In this document: positions 52,205 to 64,000 of the stretch, piece after piece
Position numbering within the stretch: position 1 is the stretch's first letter
Layout of the letters: each line of letters begins with the position of its first letter
Assembly: GCA_028534125.1 (NCBI GenBank)
Contig: CM052817.1
Location: 102,984,001 to 103,048,000 of the forward strand
DNA from: Lama glama
Taxonomy: Eukaryota
Reading direction: 5' to 3'
Length of the DNA: 64,000 nucleotides
Notes under the pieces: model-generated
What the model was told of the DNA's origin: nothing
The model's database searches: none
Seen by the model: the letters and a program-made list of their open reading frames with translations, nothing else
Made by a program: the position numbers and the translations under genes

Positions 52205-53161
52205 AAAAGAATGAGTATTGAAATTGTGCAAACTGGGTAGTTTGCCATGGTGATGTCCACGTAGCTGCACCTGAACCATTATGATTGTTCGTATTATGTA
52301 ACATAAATGATATTCAAATGACATATAAAGTACCATTAAGAAGATGACGGAGGCCTAGAAAAATTACTAAAGGACACTGGGTACATTATACAATTTTAAG
52401 TGACTAAGGATACAATTCTTTGAATTTTCAAAAAACACCTAGGACAGCTACCTTTCAGAACATTTGGTGGGAAAAAAAATTAACCTATCAGTACCCAAGA
52501 AGCAGAGAGGGCAGGAGAAGAGGTCAGGCAACTGAAGGAGAAGCAAAGTCAGTAAGCTGGGTAATGTGAGTTCGCAAGTAAGGGAAAAGCGGCAGTAAGA
52601 AATACACTTTACTTAAATGCCAGAAGTGATTTATGAAGTGACAATGATAGAAACAGAGAAATACTCTGGGGTGGAGAAGAAGTATTTTCTGGGTCCATTA
52701 TCCACATTATCTAATTCTCTAGACGTATCTAAATCATCTGCAGGAAGGCTGCTTCCCCTATATAATTTCTCTTGGATACACAAGTGCTTGTTATAAATTT
52801 GTCTGCTTGGTTTTTTTTCTTAATTAGCAGAATATCTATATGTAATTTTAATGTTCTATTGAAATGAGTCTTTTAACCTCAACATTGTAAATTATAGCTG
52901 TAAACCTCCATGGGGTTAAAATATTATGTCACAGATCAGTGGAAGTTTTCTTAATGATTCATAGCAAGATGTAACCACCTGAAACCAAGCAAAAGTTTCC
53001 TTTGGGAATTCGAAGAAGACATAATAGTTTGCCTCATTTGTATCTCTAGCCTAATTAAAACAAACTTTGAAGGAACAGTTTAGGATTAAAGTCTATTTTA
53101 GGGAAGCAATACTTTTATTCTAGACTTCTGACATTTGTGGAGCTGAGGAATGTGTACTTAC

Positions 53162-53191
53162 GTTTCTTTAGGATACGAGTCGATTATCTTT
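53162..53191 (-). other. Candidate 30-nt micro-exon
   Basis: ttcattcttttag|AAAGATAATCGACTCGTATCCTAAAGAAAC|gtaagt. Only one open frame (KIIDSYPKE). Splice signals only. Confidence 0.3.
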
Positions 53192-54145
53192 CTAAAAGAA
53201 TGAACTGACTTTCCCGCTTATTGAGAAAGTGGGGTTGAAGAGTTGTATGGATTTAAAAGAGGTACACAAGACACAGATGCTCTGACGACATATTTCATGC
53301 TTTGTAATTAATGAAAGTGAGACTCGTTTAAAACCTGAGTTTACAAAGAGCGTCACGATTCTAAGCTGCTTGAATGAGAAGTAAAACATTTTTTGATGTA
53401 AGAAATCATAAGTAATAAAGAAAATGTATGGTTTTAAAATGTGGTTTAAGGTCATTTATTACTTTTTAAAATATGTGCTCTTATAACAAGATATTTTCAC
53501 ATTCAAAAGTAGCACCAAATGAATAATCAATTACAAAATGTGTTTCATGAAAAATTAGGGGGTAAAAGACCAAATACCATGACTACTACATATTTTGTAT
53601 TTGAAAAGGGCTCCCAAGTTTTCAAAGTTCTTTTTATACGCCATTACTTGCATTTAATCCTTACAATAATATCTGGGAAGCAGATATTACCTCTTCTACC
53701 AACCACCCTCTCCCATCTCATATGTCAACTACCTCTGTATTTCATTCGGTTGAAAAGAACCTCTTATTTCACATTGAGAATCGCTTCACCAGGAAGCCTT
53801 CCTATTCATATATGAATGAAAAATGTATAGAAAAGGAGAATGTCCTTGTCCTCCTCTTAAACAAAAAAAACTTTTTAGCATTGCCATTGAATTAATTTAT
53901 TAGGAATACAATATGCGTAAGACCACAGAAGCTCCTTCGGTATAATTTTTATGTGACATATTAGCTCCTAGAAATGTGGCTGTTTCAGGCTGAGCTTCTC
54001 TGGGCTGGTAGGGAGGCTTTCAACTGGTGGGAGGAGTTTCAAAAAGCTGATTCCTACATCTTTTGAAATCCTAACCTATTTGCTGCATAGCTCTATTTTA
54101 AGATATTATGCCTACCCGCATATAAGAAAATATATATTTAAAAGT

Positions 54146-54276
54146 AGAATGACCATAGCATTTATTGTCTAAACTTGCATATGTTTGAGATTCAAAGGGG
54201 GCATATTAATAACTATGCCAGGACATCAGAGTAAACTGAAAAAGTCCTGCCAAAACCAAGTTGTAAAATCATCTTA
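54146..54276. mobile_element. MER94-like hAT-Blackjack MITE
   Basis: tgaccatagcatttattgtctaaac...aaagggggcatattaataactatgccaggaca...gtaaactg. Confidence 0.75.
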
Positions 54277-57200
54277 CCTAAAAATAACAATTGATCAATT
54301 TGGCTTTCCATTATGCTCCATTTTCTATTGATATTGTAAAAGGAGGCGGGGGGGGGTCCTTTGTTTTACTTTGGAGCAAAATGGGGAATGCTGCAATTGA
54401 CTTATTTTCCACAAAACAGTCGCATGTAACTGACAGAATGTTTAAGAAGGTCTGATTCTTCATATGGTCTTAACTCATCAGGACACCATTTGGAACTCAT
54501 ACTTAGGTTCTCAGCCTAACAAACTGTTAACATTTGTATCTGGCCGAAAGCGGACCAGGCCTTGGAACTCCCCGGGTGTGGTGGACCACAGCCCCTCCCC
54601 TCTCCCACAGCTCCGGAGAGCTCCGATGAGCTGAGGCCTCTGTCCAACAGCAGAGCTGAGGCCATAAATCAGACTTTCCCCGGACTCATGGTGAGAAGCC
54701 TGGGACAGTGACTGGTCTATTTTTATGCTTAACAAAAACCTTCAGTCCTGAGTTGTGGAGAGACAATACTTTCAGAAACAGAAAGGAACGCATCAGCTGA
54801 GTGCTGTGGGCACTAACTGTGAGAAAAGAAAAGCAAAACTCATTTTGAAGTTACCACGTTGGCCGGCATTGCTTATGATTTGAACCTCCATTTCTACTCA
54901 CTCGCTGACGCTGCCCGGCTCTGATAAAACAATGCAGATGTCCATACAAGGTATTAATGGCGACGCAAGATTCTTAGTGCTCGATTATTTAAATCCCTTA
55001 TAGATGTTAGAAAAACTCTTCTCTTTAAAAGTGCCCTTTCTCCCTGTGATCCTCTAAAAAGTTTTTCCCACGATCTATTCATATGGATACAGATTTCATT
55101 TGCACAACAAGGCGGCACACTTTTTATGAACTCTGTGGCCCATAGCCAGTACTCCTGAAGAATTCAGAGATGTCAGACCTGAGACACATTTCATTCTCTT
55201 CCTGAATTGAAGGTAAGGAGAAATAGATAACATTTTAGAACCATGTTTGGAAAAAAAAAATCTCTGGCTGGTAAATGAGTGTGGAAATGCTAAGGCCCAT
55301 GGTGCAATTACACACTATTAAAGCCCAGTGAGTAAGGGATTAACCCCTCCTTCTACAGGGCCACCACAGTGCTGGATGAAGCCGCTTAAGAGTGAATTCC
55401 ATCCCCTCGTGAAGACCAAATCTCCAGCACCCTAAGTGTCTTCAATTATGCTTTATTACTTATACGTAAATACAGAAATGAGGTCATTCAATTATTTTCC
55501 AAATAAATTTGTCAGGAAGGTATAAATCATAACTCAGGGAGGCAGGGGAAAGCCCATAATATCCTGCTCTGCATCCATTGAGGGGATGAGCCAATCAATC
55601 ACGCTCAAAATGAACTGGACAGCTTACATGCCTCTCACTATTAAAAATAACTTCAGTAGGTCAATCACGTAATTTTCTCACTGTATGCAATAGCCTTTTG
55701 TAAGTTTTTTAAAAATGTTAAATGTTACAGAGTGAGAACAAACACCCTCCCACATGGGTGTACAAATGTAAATAGATAAATGTACGTGTGCTTATGTGTA
55801 CACATGTGTGTGTTTGCGTAGACAGGGTAAATAACACAGATATATAGAATCAGTAGATACAGATATACAGAGAGAGAGAATGAATATGAAGGGATGCACA
55901 AAGGCATTAATCACAGACAACAACAACAAAAAAAGGTGTAGGGCGACAACAGGTATTTACCAATGAACTCTAAGTGAGCAAGCCTCTCTCTCCCGTTTGC
56001 ATGGGTCTCCCCAGGACTAAGCTTGTGAATTCAGGTTCCACAGTTGTAAAGGCTGAGTAGGATGTGCCCGGTCAATCAGCACAGATACCTGCCATACACA
56101 ACCTAAGTCATCCCTTCAGTAATGAGTTTCTCAGTCCAAATTTTAATTTTAAGGCTTTAGGGGTTTCCTGTGTTTAGAAAACAGTTCGGATGATAATAAA
56201 ACTGAGAGTGGAGCTGCTTTTAACAGTTCATGTTTCCTGTAAGCATCATGACGAACTGTGACTAATCCTCCCAAATTAATTTAATTTCATAGAAGGAAGC
56301 ATCTCAAAATACAGAACGGAATAATTCTCTTGAAGATGAGCCAGATTCATAAATTCACTCTTCCTGAGTGCTGGGAATTTATCTGGGGATACTGAACATT
56401 CCATAGCTCCACGACCCTGGCGAAATGTTATTCCAGGGGAGCAGTAAATTTTCACTTTCCTCCTTTTCTTTCTTTAATATCTTAATATAGTTTATGCCCA
56501 AATTTTTACTTTCTTGCCTTACTAATAAGTCTCTTTAAATAGAAATAAAGAAAGGGACTTAAGTTGGCCATAACAAAAAAAGGACACAGAGAAATAGATA
56601 CCAAAAGACCCCTTTTTTATTTTTCCATTTTAAGTGTTGTGGGTTTTTTTTTTCATTTTAGTAATACCTTCATAGAATTTGATTTCTTGTCTATATATTA
56701 AAAAATGGATGAGAATTTATATTCTAAAACATTATATACCCACATAGCAATGAGATTGGAAAATACCTTTTAGTCCTCTCTGACTCTCAACAATTCACCC
56801 TAAGCTACAACAACAGGTAAAATAAATGAGCAGCAAAGGAGAAGGTAATAAATTTTCCAAAATATAATTATTATAATTGGGTTACCTACCTACAGAAAAA
56901 TGCAAGTTCAAATGCACAACATTCCAGATGCTGGATTGATAAAATTCTGAAAATTAGTTTTTAATAAAAACTGGTAATAATTTAGCCCAAGGTATGCCAG
57001 TGAACTGAATGAACGCACATTTTTGAAACTTATGGGAAAATATTCTCTTGGAAAAGAACACCTTCATTTTTCTAAAAGAAAGTATTTTGCAAATGTTTCT
57101 CTAAAAGTTTTACATTTTGATTCATTATAAAAGCCTTTCAATACCCACCCGCAAATTATAGACAAAACTCAACAACAAAAAATAACTCCCTTTGGTTGCC

Positions 57201-57632
57201 AATGTTGAAATGACTTTTTCTGTTCCAACCCCCTTGCTATCTAAGTGGTTCCCTGAGGCAAACATCTGAGTGCATACAGCGAGATGTGATGTGAGATGGT
57301 ATGTGTCCCAAATAAAAACTTAATTTCTCCCCAGATCCCTTCCTTGGGATTGTGTTGTTTCTTTTCATAACATGGGCAAGCTCACCTATCTCAAGGTACT
57401 TTTCATTAATTGATTTAATGGTGTCTATTTCCCCAATCATATTATAGTATCCCAACCCCTTACCCCCTGAGGCTCACAATTCACCTCCCAGCAATTTGAG
57501 GATAGAATGTCTCTAACTCACGCTGGGTAACCAGCCATCCCTGCTGACTCTGCGGAACCGCCAAGCTCAGTAATGAACTGCGTGTGCTGTGTTGCTGGAG
57601 AGCACCATCCTGCCTTACGGAGCAACACTTAC

Positions 57633-57667
57633 TTTAGAAAACCAGGAGAGGAATATTTCTCCTTTTC
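57633..57667 (-). other. Candidate 35-nt micro-exon
   Basis: ctctttctttccag|GAAAAGGAGAAATATTCCTCTCCTGGTTTTCTAAA|gtaagt. Splice signals only. Confidence 0.35.
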
Positions 57668-59084
57668 CTGGAAAGAAAGAGTTTCTAGATCCCCTGCATG
57701 CAATGAGGAGATTTGGCTCCACTATCCACTATATTATTATGGCAATCATGACGTACTTAAGACATTTTTTATTACTCAGATTATTTTATTTCTTGGCAGA
57801 AAACAGGGTCAAAAAATAGCCAGAGGATCGCATTATCACTATTAAAGGCATTAAGGAACATGAACAAACAGCTATTTGGGGCTGTTTTCTGATTTTTCTA
57901 TTCCTACACACATCAAAAGCTGTAGATGGATCCCACCACGTGGAAATAAGTAAGTACATATCCACTAATAGTACGAGGAAGAAAATGCTATTGGGCGGTC
58001 TTCTACAATGAAGGGAAAGCATATGACTCCTTAGTAGCATGTGCTGATCAAGAGAGCCGAGGAGAATCTGTTGGGTCAGTTTTAAAACTCCCAGATATGC
58101 AAGAGCATAAGGAAGCAAGTCACTTCCGGGGCCACCACAGAGGGGTTTATCACACCTACAGTCACACCTTGGCTTTGCCACTTAACTGACCGTATGGTTG
58201 GGGCACACATAGGGCACAAAGTTTAAGAGCTGTTGGCAGAAGTCTTCAGAAAGAGAATTCTCTTTTATAAGCATGGTTGCTGACTTTGGTTGTAAAACGA
58301 CAGCCTCTCTGCATATAGGAAGGTTGACGACTGAGAAAAAAGAATTAAATTTTACTCCATAAAAATGAATTTGGATTTCCAACAGTAACTCAAGAAGGAA
58401 AAGGTTAGGGGCAGAATAGAGAGGAGGCAGAGGACTGAAGAAGGGGAGAAGTCAGACCAGCAGAGGGCAAAGGACACGGCAGGGGCTCAAGGGGAGAGAA
58501 TGGTGTTAGAGCAGTGCCACCTGGAAAAAGGGGTGGCTGACAGAATTTTAGAAGCAAAGATGTTTAATATTTACTGTTGAGATTTTTTTAAATGTTGGGC
58601 TATGCTGTGTAACTTAAACAGCCAAGGAAATAACTTTCTTAGAGCTAGTCCCTTCCCAACCTGTAAATGACCCACAAATCATCAAGAATGTACCTCTTAC
58701 TACATCATATGAAAGTGTTGGAGGAAATGAAGACTGGCTGCACTCCCATGACATGGAGAGGAGAGGAGGCCACAGCAGGTAATGGCAAGACCCACGAAAA
58801 ATTAAAACGTCATTGAAAAAAAAATTAGAGGAAAAGGTGACTAGGAGAAATTGCCATCAGTTTCGTAGGAAACACATTGGGAGTTCAAGCCCCTTTTATT
58901 TACATATGAGGGGATCGCACATCCTCCACAGGCTGAGACTTGAAGAAGTCCAGGCAGCTGGCAGCTGGCTGCAACGTAAAGCAATTAGCATTAGGATGCC
59001 AAGTCCAGTCAGTATTCAGTAATTCACGGAAGAGACACAGAGGGGTACGTATAGTTATTCTGGAACTATTTTAGTAGTGTTTAC

Positions 59085-59117
59085 CTTAAAAGTGTACCGC
59101 TGCATCTCTCTGCCCAC
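59085..59117 (-). other. Candidate 33-nt micro-exon
   Basis: cttttgtttgcag|GTGGGCAGAGAGATGCAGCGGTACACTTTTAAG|gtaaac. Splice signals only. Confidence 0.3.
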
Positions 59118-60919
59118 CTGCAAACAAAAGCATAGCTTAAAATAGCAGCTGAGTAATCTCTGATCCATTAGAAAATACGTGATCATTCAGGAACCACAAG
59201 CAAAAATAATCCAGAAGGCGATTTCCCTAAAACCCTTCAGAATAGCAAGCTGATATTAACCAGATCCGTTAAGTTAATTAATAGGGAGGCAACTTAATTG
59301 GCTCATCTTTAAAAAAAAATGTATATAACAAAAAATGTTGGTCCCTATAGCTGCATACCATCTGCCTACCAGAAAATAAAAGTGAAGAAGATAATATTGA
59401 CCTGTGGAAAATAAATGTTAAACTCAATCCATAATGATTTAAAGCAGAAATTATGCACAAGTCATTTAAGGGGACGTATAACACATTTAAAGAATGAAAA
59501 TATTAGGTATGCAGCAAAGAAATAAAGAGGTTTTCAAAGACAGAAGTTGTGAGTCCTTACTGGAGCATGTGCAGGTGAAACGGTCCATTATCTCAACCTG
59601 CTGGGTATCAGGTGCTCCAAGCTCCCGTAGTTGGCATCTTGAAACATTCAAATCATAAACCTGACCTCACAGTTTCTAAGCACAACTGCGTGTTTGTACT
59701 CACGATTACCAGCCCCTGCGTAGACGCCGGCTTTCCACGTGCTTGCCTACAAGAAGCTAAAATATAGCTGTAGGTTAATAATTGGCCATTGTCTTCATAC
59801 TCCGGGGTTTTGAGTTGGTAGTGCAAGTCTCTCCCTGAGAGCAAAACAGCTCTCAGAGAGCTGAGGGCCGGCCTGCTGAGTCTGGAAAGCTGAGGGCCAA
59901 GTCCAGGGTAACTACAGACCAACTCGGGGAGCGACCACCCTGGAAAGCAACGGGGGAAATAACCAGAGTCTCCTTCGGGGGCTGCCCTCACTGTTCAAAG
60001 GTCTCCCCTGAAATTCAATGGAAAACACCTCACTCATATTCATTGTACTCTTAATCTATCAAAAACTGCTATGAAGTATCCTTAGCCTCAGGTAAAGAAG
60101 AAAAAAGTAATTATAACTGTATTTTATTTTGTGCAGTAAGTTGTCAAAAACAGCAGATACCAAGTGGCTAGATTAAACTAGACGAAAAATGTTCTAAGAA
60201 AACTAACTTATCACGTTTAGTTTTAAAACTAACATGTCTTCATTTGTTAATACAGTAGAATTTGACTAATTGTAACATAATACAGTAAGTTTTAGTTTTT
60301 TTAATATGTTATGCTCAAAGATCTATGTGGCATCTTTGTGAAGTGTTTCTATGACTTTCTAAGTAGGGAAAAACTTGATCTGAGAATAAAATTATTTTTG
60401 GCTGTGACCTTGTATGGACATTTGTAATGACACATGCAGCTGTTGAAATATAAAGGAGAAATCAGCTAACCATATATGGAAACTACACTTTTTACTCCAG
60501 CTCAGTGCCCCTATTTTTCACCCCCTTATTATGCTATAGCTCACTTTTATTTAACACAGAACACTAACTGCTAGGCACGGGCAATTTAGCTTAATTTCTT
60601 ATATTTCATATTAATTATTCTGCTTTCATAGAGGTGGAACTGAAGAGATCAAATAGTTAAACAAAAACATATACTCAGTGATATTCCACTGAAGGCTATA
60701 TAAAACACATTTTATTTCCTTATCTGAAGAACTGTAAGCTTCTCTGTGTAGAATCTGGGTAAAATGATGTGAAGTGTGTTCACAAGCACAGTCCTTGTCA
60801 CCCACTAAGAGTCAAGACAGCAGTGACATGGCTTTGAGACCAAAACCCATAGAGTTTAGCCCATCAAAGCGAAGTACAGTCTACAAAATTCCTTTAAAAT
60901 TTGAAAGTGTTTATTAATT

Positions 60920-61660
60920 CACCTGTTCAATCAAGATCTGTTAGCTATCTCCATATGTGCTAAGCTTCCTTATTTTGGTGCTGGAGATGCAAAACCTCTC
61001 TCCCTGGAGCTCTCATTCTACTAGGAGAGAGAGATCTTAGACAAGATACATGACATTGTATGTTTGTTGGATGGTGGTAAACGCTAAGGAGACAAAGCAG
61101 GAAAGGTGTAGGCGTTTTAGGGTGGTGGGTTTTGCAACTTTAGGTAAGAGAGAAAGGAAGACTTTGCTGAGCTGGAGACATATGAGTGAAAACCTGAAGA
61201 GAAAGTGGGGAGGAAGCCATGCACCCTCGGGGAAGACCACTCTAAGCAGAGAGATGGAGAACAAAGGTGCTGAGGTGGAAGACTGCCTGGCCAGCTCGAG
61301 GGCCAGCAGACCATCTGAGTGGCCAGCACAAGGTGAAAGCTGGAGGTGGGGGCAGAGTAGGAGATGGTGGGACAGCAGAGGTAACAGGCCAGGCTGGGCA
61401 GAAGGCTCTGCAGGGCTTGGTAGGTGACAAAAAGGACTTGGGCTTTTTGAGTGAAATGGGAACAGTGGGGGCTCTGAGCGTAGGGTGCCATGATCTGAAT
61501 GACCTTTAAGAGGACTGCTCCATGAAACATCATGCTGCACTCCAGAAATCGACACATTGTAACTGACTAGAGTTCAATAAATTAAAACAAAACAAAAAAG
61601 AACTTCTCTGGGTGCTGTGTTAGGAAGAGAATGAAGGAGTCAAGAGCCCCACTAATGAGG
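60920..61660 (-). mobile_element. L2 fragment interrupted by a short young L1 3' end (+ strand, about 61522-61600)
   Basis: L2: ccctggagctctcattcta...ggacttgggctttttgagtgaaatgggaa...catgatctga. L1: tgctgcactccagaaatcgacacattgtaactgactagagttcaataaa. Confidence 0.8.
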
Positions 61661-61728
61661 GTATTTGGAAAGCAGCTCACAAGATAACTGCTAAATAAGT
61701 GTGAAAAATTGTTTTCGTGAAACAACAG

Positions 61729-62134
61729 TGTATTTGCCAGGCAGAGAAACAGAACCAACAGGAGCTTATATACCTGATTATGCGGTCTGACAGCTCCCAA
61801 GATCTACAGGGTGAGTCGGCCTGCTGGAGACTTAGGAGAGCCAGTATTTCAGCTTGTGTCCGAAGGCAGGAAAGAAGCCAGTGCCCCGGTTCAAAGGCAC
61901 TCAGGCAGGAGACTCTTCTCCTCCAGGGAGGGTTGGCCTTTTGTTCTAGTCAAGGCTTCAACTGATTGGGTGAAGCCCAGTTACATTAGGGAGGGCCCTC
62001 TCCTTACTCAGTCTGCCAATTTAAATGTTAGTTTTATCCAAAACACCTTCATGGAAACCCGTGGAATAATGTTTGATCAAATATCTAGGCACCCGCAAGG
62101 TGGCCCGCAAGGTGACACAAAATTAACCATCACA
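61729..62134 (-). mobile_element. MLT2-type LTR (3' LTR of an ERV-L provirus)
   Basis: Ends tgacacaaaattaaccatcaca (MLT2 5' terminus TGTGATGGTTAATTTT on the minus strand). Internal cagagaaacagaaccaacagga and cttcaactgattgggtgaagccca. Followed by the ERV-L junction-like agtggacttttgtcaacttggc. Confidence 0.92.
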
Positions 62135-62161
62135 AGTGGACTTTTGTCAACTTGGCCAACA

Positions 62162-62880
62162 CTTTTTTACCCCCCCCCCAGAACAGCTAGAGCTCTAATG
62201 GATACTTAATAAACATTTCTCAGCTGAAGATAGTCTTCTGTCTTTTTCCAAGGGATTCAAGCTGGCAGCATCTGCCACCCCACTGGACACTAAGAGACAG
62301 AGGTGAGCAGGGTAAAGAGGGGTGTAGTTCCTTGACTGTCTGTCCCTCCAGACAGGGCAGGGGTCAGAAGGCTGTTGAATGGTGATAATGGGCCATCCGT
62401 GCTGGGCAGGGCTGGCAGTGCTAGGCACTGGTGGGTCTAGGGCACTGGGCACTGTCCTCCACCACTTGAAGGCAAAGTGGAGCACCCAGCAGATGTTGGC
62501 ACAGGAGCAGAAGTCTCCAATCTCAGTCAGGGAGCAGCAAAATCATTAACAAAGGTGCATGGGAAGCCCAGGGGTGGATCTTTCCTTCCAAGCAGCAGAC
62601 ACCCTTGATCTGGGGCCCAAAAGACCCAGGACACCCAGGTTTTTGCCTATCACAGGCACTTGCAGCAGGTCAGGGCAGCAGAGTCTCCAGCTGCTGGCTG
62701 GAGGGGAGCCGGCACTGGAGCTGGGAGACGTCAGTGGCGGCCCTCTCCACCAAGCGCAGCTGCTCCTCGCAATGTCACGGCCAGGTCCGCGCACTTCTCC
62801 GTACAGTCAGTCTATGTCCTCATGTTTTCATCAGCCAGACTTGATTGACGGTATTGGCCTCCTTCCCATTAGAAAGGAGC
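62162..62880 (-). pseudogene. GC-rich mRNA-like insert (possible processed pseudogene fragment, parent unidentified)
   Basis: Non-ERV sequence inside the ERV-L. Minus-strand 62768-62670 reads EEQLRLVERAATDVSQLQCRLPSSQQLETLLP*, followed by about 500 nt of 3'UTR-like sequence and a short A run. Confidence 0.5.
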
Positions 62881-64000
62881 TTTATTCATGATAAAATAAG
62901 GAGAAGACACTCATGACAATGGCAGTCGATTCTGTGGCTGCTCACATGGTCGTAGCCGGTATGAAGAGCTGCCGTTTTCTACCATCTATTCTGTATACCC
63001 TGTGCTTTTGACAAGCCGCTCAGTGGGTCATATTTATTTACCCGATGGGGCAACTCAAACCTTCATTCCTGAAGAGTCTGAGCCATCAGCAGTCTTGCCT
63101 GGTTTGGGTCGCAGTTTTCCATTAACGTTCAAGTTAACCACAGGGCACGGTAACATTAAGAGATGCCCTAGGGGACCTCTTGTGTTCCAGACATGCTCTT
63201 CCTCACCTCCACGGGGAGGAGCCCCCCAGTTTCCCCTTGGTGGTCAGGATCAGTCACCTCAGCCAGCGCCGTGATGGCCTTTTTCAACTGTAAATCCAGA
63301 GGCCCGAGGAGCCCCAAATAGCCAAGTGGCAGTCTCAACTTTCAGTTCAATGAAATCATCATTACGTCTCCTGGTGGAAGTATTTCTCCCTCTGGAACGA
63401 AGACTTTTAGGCCAGCAGAGCATAAGGTCATGGGAACAGGAAGCACAAATTTTGCTAGTGGGTCACTAGAGGTAATAGTGAGTGGTCACTCCCGTCCCCA
63501 CCCCTCGTTTCCTGAATCCATGACTTCTGGCTGTGGGAGAAATAGCACCACACGTCAGACGATGATTCAGAAAGAATACACTCTTCTGGAAAACGTTGTC
63601 CCAGGCCTGCAAGATGTTGCCATCAAGCTGGCAGTGTGGCCGAGTCTTCCAGAGGCCATTCCCCTGTTTCATCAAGCCAGCTGCTTTGAAGACGGTGGGA
63701 AACGTGGTGAGACCAGGGAATCTCGTCAGCTTAGGCCCCCTACACTTGCTGTGAAGTGAGTTTCTTGGTCAGAAACAGCGCTATGTTGGGTGATGGATGG
63801 GGTGGTTGGGGAAGGAGGCTGACTGGTATGTACAGAATGGGTCATCCCATCCTCTTGATTATTAAAATCCTACCCCACTGAGGTCAACCTTTGGTGAGAG
63901 TTCACATGAGGCACAAATATCTTCACATTTTTTGCCCACATATAGGTTTATCTATGTACTTCTTCCTAAATTTCCTTCACTAATTTTCTAATTATGCTCC
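62881..64000 (-). mobile_element. pol: ERV-L internal region (decayed RNase H, integrase and dUTPase-region), continues past the window
   Basis: Minus-strand remnants WAKNVKIFVPHVNSHQR (RNase H), SDQETHFTA and AAGLMKQGNGLWK...LQAWDNVFQKSVFFLNHR (integrase; ORF 63466-63675), KLRLPLGYLGLL and GGEEEHVWNTRGPLGHLLMLPCPV. Confidence 0.93.

Noticed and set aside
54270..54295. Minus-strand ttatttttag|gtaag recursive splice-site-like motif
   Set aside because: Overlaps the end of a MER94-like element, short pyrimidine tract, no established host intron.

Overview
AT-rich, repeat-dense mammalian genomic DNA, most likely camelid: it carries a Vic-1-type tRNA-derived SINE and several copies of an artiodactyl-type L1 3' end. 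Two gaps of exactly 500 N interrupt it. No intact protein-coding gene is recognisable; the long ORFs in the track come from gaps, microsatellites or decayed transposons. Contents: layered L1, L2 and MIR fragments, hAT and Tigger DNA transposons, three solo class I (ERV1) LTRs (two MER41-like), and an ERV-L/MLT2 provirus running off the right edge. The best candidate for something undescribed is a ~3.45 kb minus-strand composite at 41629-45068, bounded by an apparent 13-15 bp target-site duplication. It joins a U3-less MER41-like LTR, a VNTR-containing leader and a deleted gag-pro to an L1 3' end and poly(A), which suggests an L1-mobilised ERV-L1 chimera. Other leads: an mRNA-like insert replacing part of the ERV-L 3' region, a phase-compatible chain of minus-strand micro-exon candidates (59117 to 53162), and a MITE with a perfect 24-bp hairpin. 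Repeat names come from remembered consensus motifs, not a database search. Boundaries without a stated TSD or terminal repeat are approximate.
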